Source: Acidobacteriota bacterium (GTDB lineage: Bacteria > Acidobacteriota > Thermoanaerobaculia > UBA5066). Taken from it: a stretch of DNA of 64,000 nt. How positions within the stretch are numbered: position 1 is the first letter of the stretch; every line of letters begins with the position of its first letter. Under the pieces are notes generated by a model. The model worked only from the letters and a program-made list of their open reading frames with translations, ran no database searches and had not been told where the DNA came from. Where the stretch lies: the NCBI GenBank assembly GCA_016716715.1, contig JADJVE010000007.1, positions 125,640 through 189,639 of the forward strand, given 5' to 3'. Shown here piece by piece: positions 59,981 to 64,000 of the stretch. The position numbers and the translations under genes were made by a program.

Positions 59981-62900
59981 GCCGACGGCGCGTAGCCGTA
60001 CCGGACGGATCCCGGGCCGAGGAGCGTCTCCATCGACGTCGTGAACTCCGGCGTGGGCCGAATCCAGTACTCCGACGACAGCTTGAGCGGGGCCGCGAAC
60101 TGGCCCGAGCGGCGCATCTCGAGAAAGACCGGCGTCGAGCCCGGGAACCTTCTGAGAATCTCTCCGAGCGACTTCTCGTCGAACGTGTCGAAGTTCGATG
60201 GGGCGATCACGACGTGCCGCGCGCCCTGCTCCTTCATCCCCTCGAGCGGCTGGATCTCCCGCGCGATCACCTCGATCGGCATCGACGACGTCTCGCCCTC
60301 GTGCTCGCCGGAAGCGGTGCCGCCGCCGATCTGCATCGAGGATCGGACGGTCCCGGTCACGAGAATGGCCTTGCCGGGCACGAACCAGCCGTTGATGCGC
60401 TCCAGCAGGCTCGCGAAGACCGTGACGGGCACGGTGCCCGTGAGATCCTCGACGACCGCCTTCGCCATCATCTTCCCCTCGTTCTGGCCCTTCTTGATCT
60501 GGTTCTTCTTGATCGAGGACACGAGGCCGACGAGCTTGACCGGCGCGTCGAGCCGTTCGTGGAGCGTCTCGCATGTCGCGTCGCCGAACATGCGGATCTC
60601 GTCCTCGAACCGCGTCAGCGGATGGCCCGTGATGTAGAACCCGAGCGTCTCCTTCTCGAAGCGGATCTTCTCGTCCGCGCTCATCTCGGGCTTGTCCGGG
60701 AAGCGGTCTTCCACCTGCGCGTCCTTCGGGACGTCGAAGAGGAGGCTCTGGTTCGACGTCGCGGCCTCGCGGGCGGCCGCGGCCACGTCGACCGCCATGT
60801 CGAGGCCGTCGAGAAGGGCCGCGCGGGTCTTGCCGAGCGTGTCGAAGCACCCGGACTTCACGAGCGCCTCGATGACGCGCCGGTTGTTGAGCCGCAGGTC
60901 GACGCGCGAGCAGAAGTCCGTGAGCGACCGGAACGGCCCCTCGCCCCGGCGCGCGTCGAGAACGGAGTTGACCGAGCCGTCGCCGACGCCCTTGACGGCG
61001 CCGAGGCCGAATCGGATGGAATCGCCGTCGGGCGTGAAGGACAGCTCCGACTTGTTGACGTCCGGCGGGAGGACCGCGATCTTCATCTCGCGGCACGTGT
61101 TGACGTACTTCACGACGTCGTCCGAGCTCCCCGACGAGGCCGTCAGCGTCGCCGCGAGGAACTCCACGGGGTGGTGGACCTTCATCCAGGCCGTGCGGTA
61201 GGCGAGGAGCGCGTAGACGACCGAGTGCGACTTGTTGAAGCCGTAACGCCCGAACGGCAGGATGAGCGCCCACAGCTCCTCGGCCTTTTTCTTCGGCGTC
61301 CCGGCGGCCGCCGCCTTCTTCATGAACTTGTCGCCCTCGGCCTTGAGGAGCGCGTCGTCCTTCTTGCCGATGGCCTTGCGGAGCTTGTCGGCCTCGCCGG
61401 GCGAATAGCCCGCCACGGCGCGGGCCGCGAGCATGACCTGCTCCTGGTAGACGAGGATGCCGTACGTTTCCTTCAGGATCGGCTCGAGCTGCGGGAGCGG
61501 GTACTCGAACTTCTTGCCGCGCCGGCGCTCGATGTAGATCTCGACCGTGCCCGCGTCGAGGGCGCCCGGCCGGTAGAGGGCGTTCAAGGCGGCAAGGTCC
61601 TCGAAGACGTCGGGCCTCACGCGGCGGAGGAGGTCGCGCATGCCCGACGACTCGAACTGGAAGATGCCGTCCGTCCTTCCGTCCGCAAACAGCCTGTAGA
61701 CCTCCGGGTCGTCCAGGGGGATCGTCGAGAGGTCCGGCCTGACGCCCGTCTTTCGCTCGACGAACGCGAGCGCGTCGTCGAGGATCGTGAGCGTGATGAG
61801 CCCGAGAAAGTCCATCTTCAGGAGGCCCATCCGGTCGACGGACTTCATCTCGAACTGGGTCGTGATCTCGTCGTTGCTGTTGCGGTAGAGCGGCAGGTAC
61901 TCGACGAGAGGCCTCGGCGCGATCAGGACGCCGGCGGCGTGGACGCCCGCGTGCCTCGAGACACCCTCGAGGCGCTCCCCGAGGTCGAAGAGGCGCCGGT
62001 ACGTCTCGTTGTCGCGCAGCGCGTCCGCGAGCTCCTTCACGTCCCGGCGGGCCTCGGCGAGCATCGTCGGCTTGCCCGGGTTCGCCGGGATGAGGGAGCA
62101 GAGGCGGTTCACCTCGGCGAGCGGGACGTCGAGGACGCGGCCCACGTCGCGGATGACCGCGCGGGCCTTCATCGAGTTGAACGTGATGATCTGCCCCACG
62201 TTCTCGCGCCCGTACTTGCGGCGCACGTACTCGATGACCTCGCCGCGGCGGCGCTCGCAGAGGTCGACGTCGATGTCGGGCATCGAGATGCGGTCGGGGT
62301 TCAGGAACCGCTCGAAGAGGAGGTCGTACCGAAGCGGGTCGACGTCCGTGATCCCGAGCGCCCACGCAACGAGCGAGCCGGCCGCCGAGCCGCGGCCCGG
62401 ACCGACGGGAATTCCCTCGTCCTTGGCGTACTTGATGAAGTCCCAGACGATGAGGAAATAGCTCGACAGCCCCATCTTCAGGATGACGGAGAGCTCCCAC
62501 GTGAGGCGTTCGTCGTATTCGGCGCGCGTCTTCGGCGGCTTCGACCCCGCCGGATAGGGCGCCGGATGCGCGAGGCGCTTCTCGAGGCCCTCCTTGGCGA
62601 GAGATCCTCGAGGTACTCGTCCGGGTTCCGGTCGGGCACGGGGACCGGGTACGTCGGGATCTTCAGGCCCGTGTCGATGATGACGCTCGGCGTGATCCGG
62701 TCCGCGATCGCGGCCGTGTTCTTCACGGCCTCCAGCGTGTAGGGGCGGAAGACGTCGCTCATCTCCTCGGGGTTCTTCACGTAGAACTCCGAGTTGTAGA
62801 ACTTCATCCGCTTGGTGTCCGTGAGCGTCTTGCCCGTGCCGATGCAGAGGAGGACGTCCTGCGCCGCCGCGTCGTCGCGCGTCAGGTAGTGAGAGTCGTT

Positions 62901-63527
62901 CGTCGCGACGGGCGGGATGCCCGTCTCCTGCGAGAGGCGCAGCAGGTCGGGCAGGATCTGCCGTTGCTCGGGCAGGCCGTGATCCATGATCTCGATGAAA
63001 TACCGGTCCTTGCCGAAGAGGGCCTGGTACTTCAGCGCGACCTTCTTCGCCCCCTCGTAGTCGCCGGCGCGGAGGCGCTTCGGCACCTCGCCGTTCAGGC
63101 ACCCGGAGAGCGCGATGATGCCGTCGTGGTGCTTCTCGAGAAGCTCCCAGTCCATCCGGGGCTTGTAGTAGAAGCCCGTCAGGAACGCCTCCGAGACGAG
63201 CCGCGCGAGGTTCTTGTAGCCCTCGGGCGTCTCGACGAGGAGCGTCAGGTGGTAGTTGTTCCCCTCGCCGTCGAACGTCTTGACGTTCTCGCGGTCGAAG
63301 CGCGAGCCGGGCGCGATGTAGGCCTCCACGCCGACGATCGGCTTGATTCCCGCTTCGAGCGCCGTCGTCTGCAGGTCGTACGCCCCGAACATGTTCCCGT
63401 GGTCCGTCACGGCCACGGCATCCATCCCGGCCGCCTTCACGTTGCGGATGAGGTCCTTGACGCGGTTGGCGCCGTCCAGGAGCGAGTACTGCGTGTGCAG
63501 GTGGAGGTGAACGAAGTCGCCGGACAT
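59977..63527 (-). CDS. dnaE: DNA polymerase III subunit alpha, split into two frames by a frameshift near 62599-62604
   Basis: N-terminal PHP part FVHLHLHTQYSLLDGA...VTDHGNMFGA is in one frame and runs to ...NPDEYLEDL. The rest (LAKEGLEKRL...YFLIVWDFI...GPGRGSAAGSLVAWALGITDVDP...FNKSHS...) is in the -1 frame. The junction lies at a GAGAGA run. Confidence 0.85.
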
Positions 63528-63561
63528 CCGGGCCGGATTGTAGACTCGCCCCCACCAGGCC

Positions 63562-64000
63562 ATGGCGCTGACTCCCGGAACGAAACTCGGACCCTACGAG
63601 GTGGTCGCTCCGCTCGGCGCGGGCGGGATGGGCGAGGTCTGGCGCGCCCACGACTCGCGCCTTTCCCGCGACGTGGCCCTGAAGGTCCTTCCCGATTCCG
63701 TCGCACAGGACGCCACGTTCCTCGCGCGCTTCCAGGCCGAGGCGCGGGCGGCGTCCGCTCTCAATCACCCGAACATCGTCGTCGTCTACGACGTCGGGCA
63801 GCAGGACGGCCGCGCCTTCATGTCGATGGAGCTGCTCGAGGGCAAGTCCCTCCGGGCCGTCCTCGACGGCGGCGCTCCCCCGCTCCGCAAGGCGCTCCAG
63901 ATCGCCGCCCAGATCGCCGACGGCCTCGCGGCCGCGCACGCGAAGGGCATCGTCCACCGCGACCTCAAGCCGGAGAACGTCGTCGTCACGAAGGACGGCG
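63562..64000 (+). CDS. Ser/Thr protein kinase, 5' part (runs off the window)
   Basis: [40 protein letters not shown]. It is absent from the ORF track because no stop is reached. Confidence 0.8.
   Translation, partial: MALTPGTKLGPYEVVAPLGAGGMGEVWRAHDSRLSRDVALKVLPDSVAQDATFLARFQAEARAASALNHPNIVVVYDVGQQDGRAFMSMELLEGKSLRAVLDGGAPPLRKALQIAAQIADGLAAAHAKGIVHRDLKPENVVVTKDG

Noticed and set aside
62478-63563. dnaE start at the ATG of [12 protein letters not shown] (63563)
   Set aside because: The conserved DnaE N-terminus begins at MSGDFVHLHLHTQYS (63527). The longer start would overlap the divergent kinase start codon.

Overview
This is a high-GC (by eye about 70 %) bacterial chromosomal segment, densely packed with about 60 genes. 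Nearly all are housekeeping genes.

**Layout.** There is a + strand block at 1-28.6 kb, one minus-strand methyltransferase, a + strand block at 29.7-54.1 kb, and a minus-strand block at 54.2-63.5 kb. Many adjacent genes overlap by 4 nt (ATGA, GTGA, TTGA).

**Content.** Recognisable content includes:
- RNase P RNA.
- recG, priA, recJ and dnaE.
- trpS, scpAB, cmk-rpsA, lpxB-msbA and gmk-rpoZ.
- An lptC/A-lptB-rpoN-hpf-hprK-rapZ-EIIA-HPr-EI cluster.
- miaB, parAB, a fused lptF-lptG and ahcY-metK.
- Two Ser/Thr kinases.

The gene set points to a diderm with LPS, possibly Acidobacteriota-like. That taxonomic guess is inference only.

**Main observation.** A dispersed, AT-rich 25-35 nt repeat (consensus about GAAGAGATTTTCTTAGAAGGTGAAGAGGGG) occurs more than 20 times in both orientations.
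- Copies are usually convergent doublets 30-250 bp apart.
- They lie in intergenic gaps and also in frame inside conserved housekeeping genes (recG, yicC, rsmD, a cca-like gene, ldcA, udg).
- I cannot assign the repeat to any known element class.

**Secondary points.**
- A lower-GC three-gene cassette (small basic protein, radical SAM/SPASM enzyme, membrane protein) sits behind a kinase/TolB-propeller gene.
- dnaE is split by a frameshift at a (GA)3 run.
- recG, priA and udg lack canonical start codons.
- An S53 peptidase carries a duplicated unknown C-terminal module.

No CRISPR array, tRNA, rRNA, transposase or prophage was seen.

**Limits.** All calls come from reading the sequence and the ORF translations. 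No searches were run.
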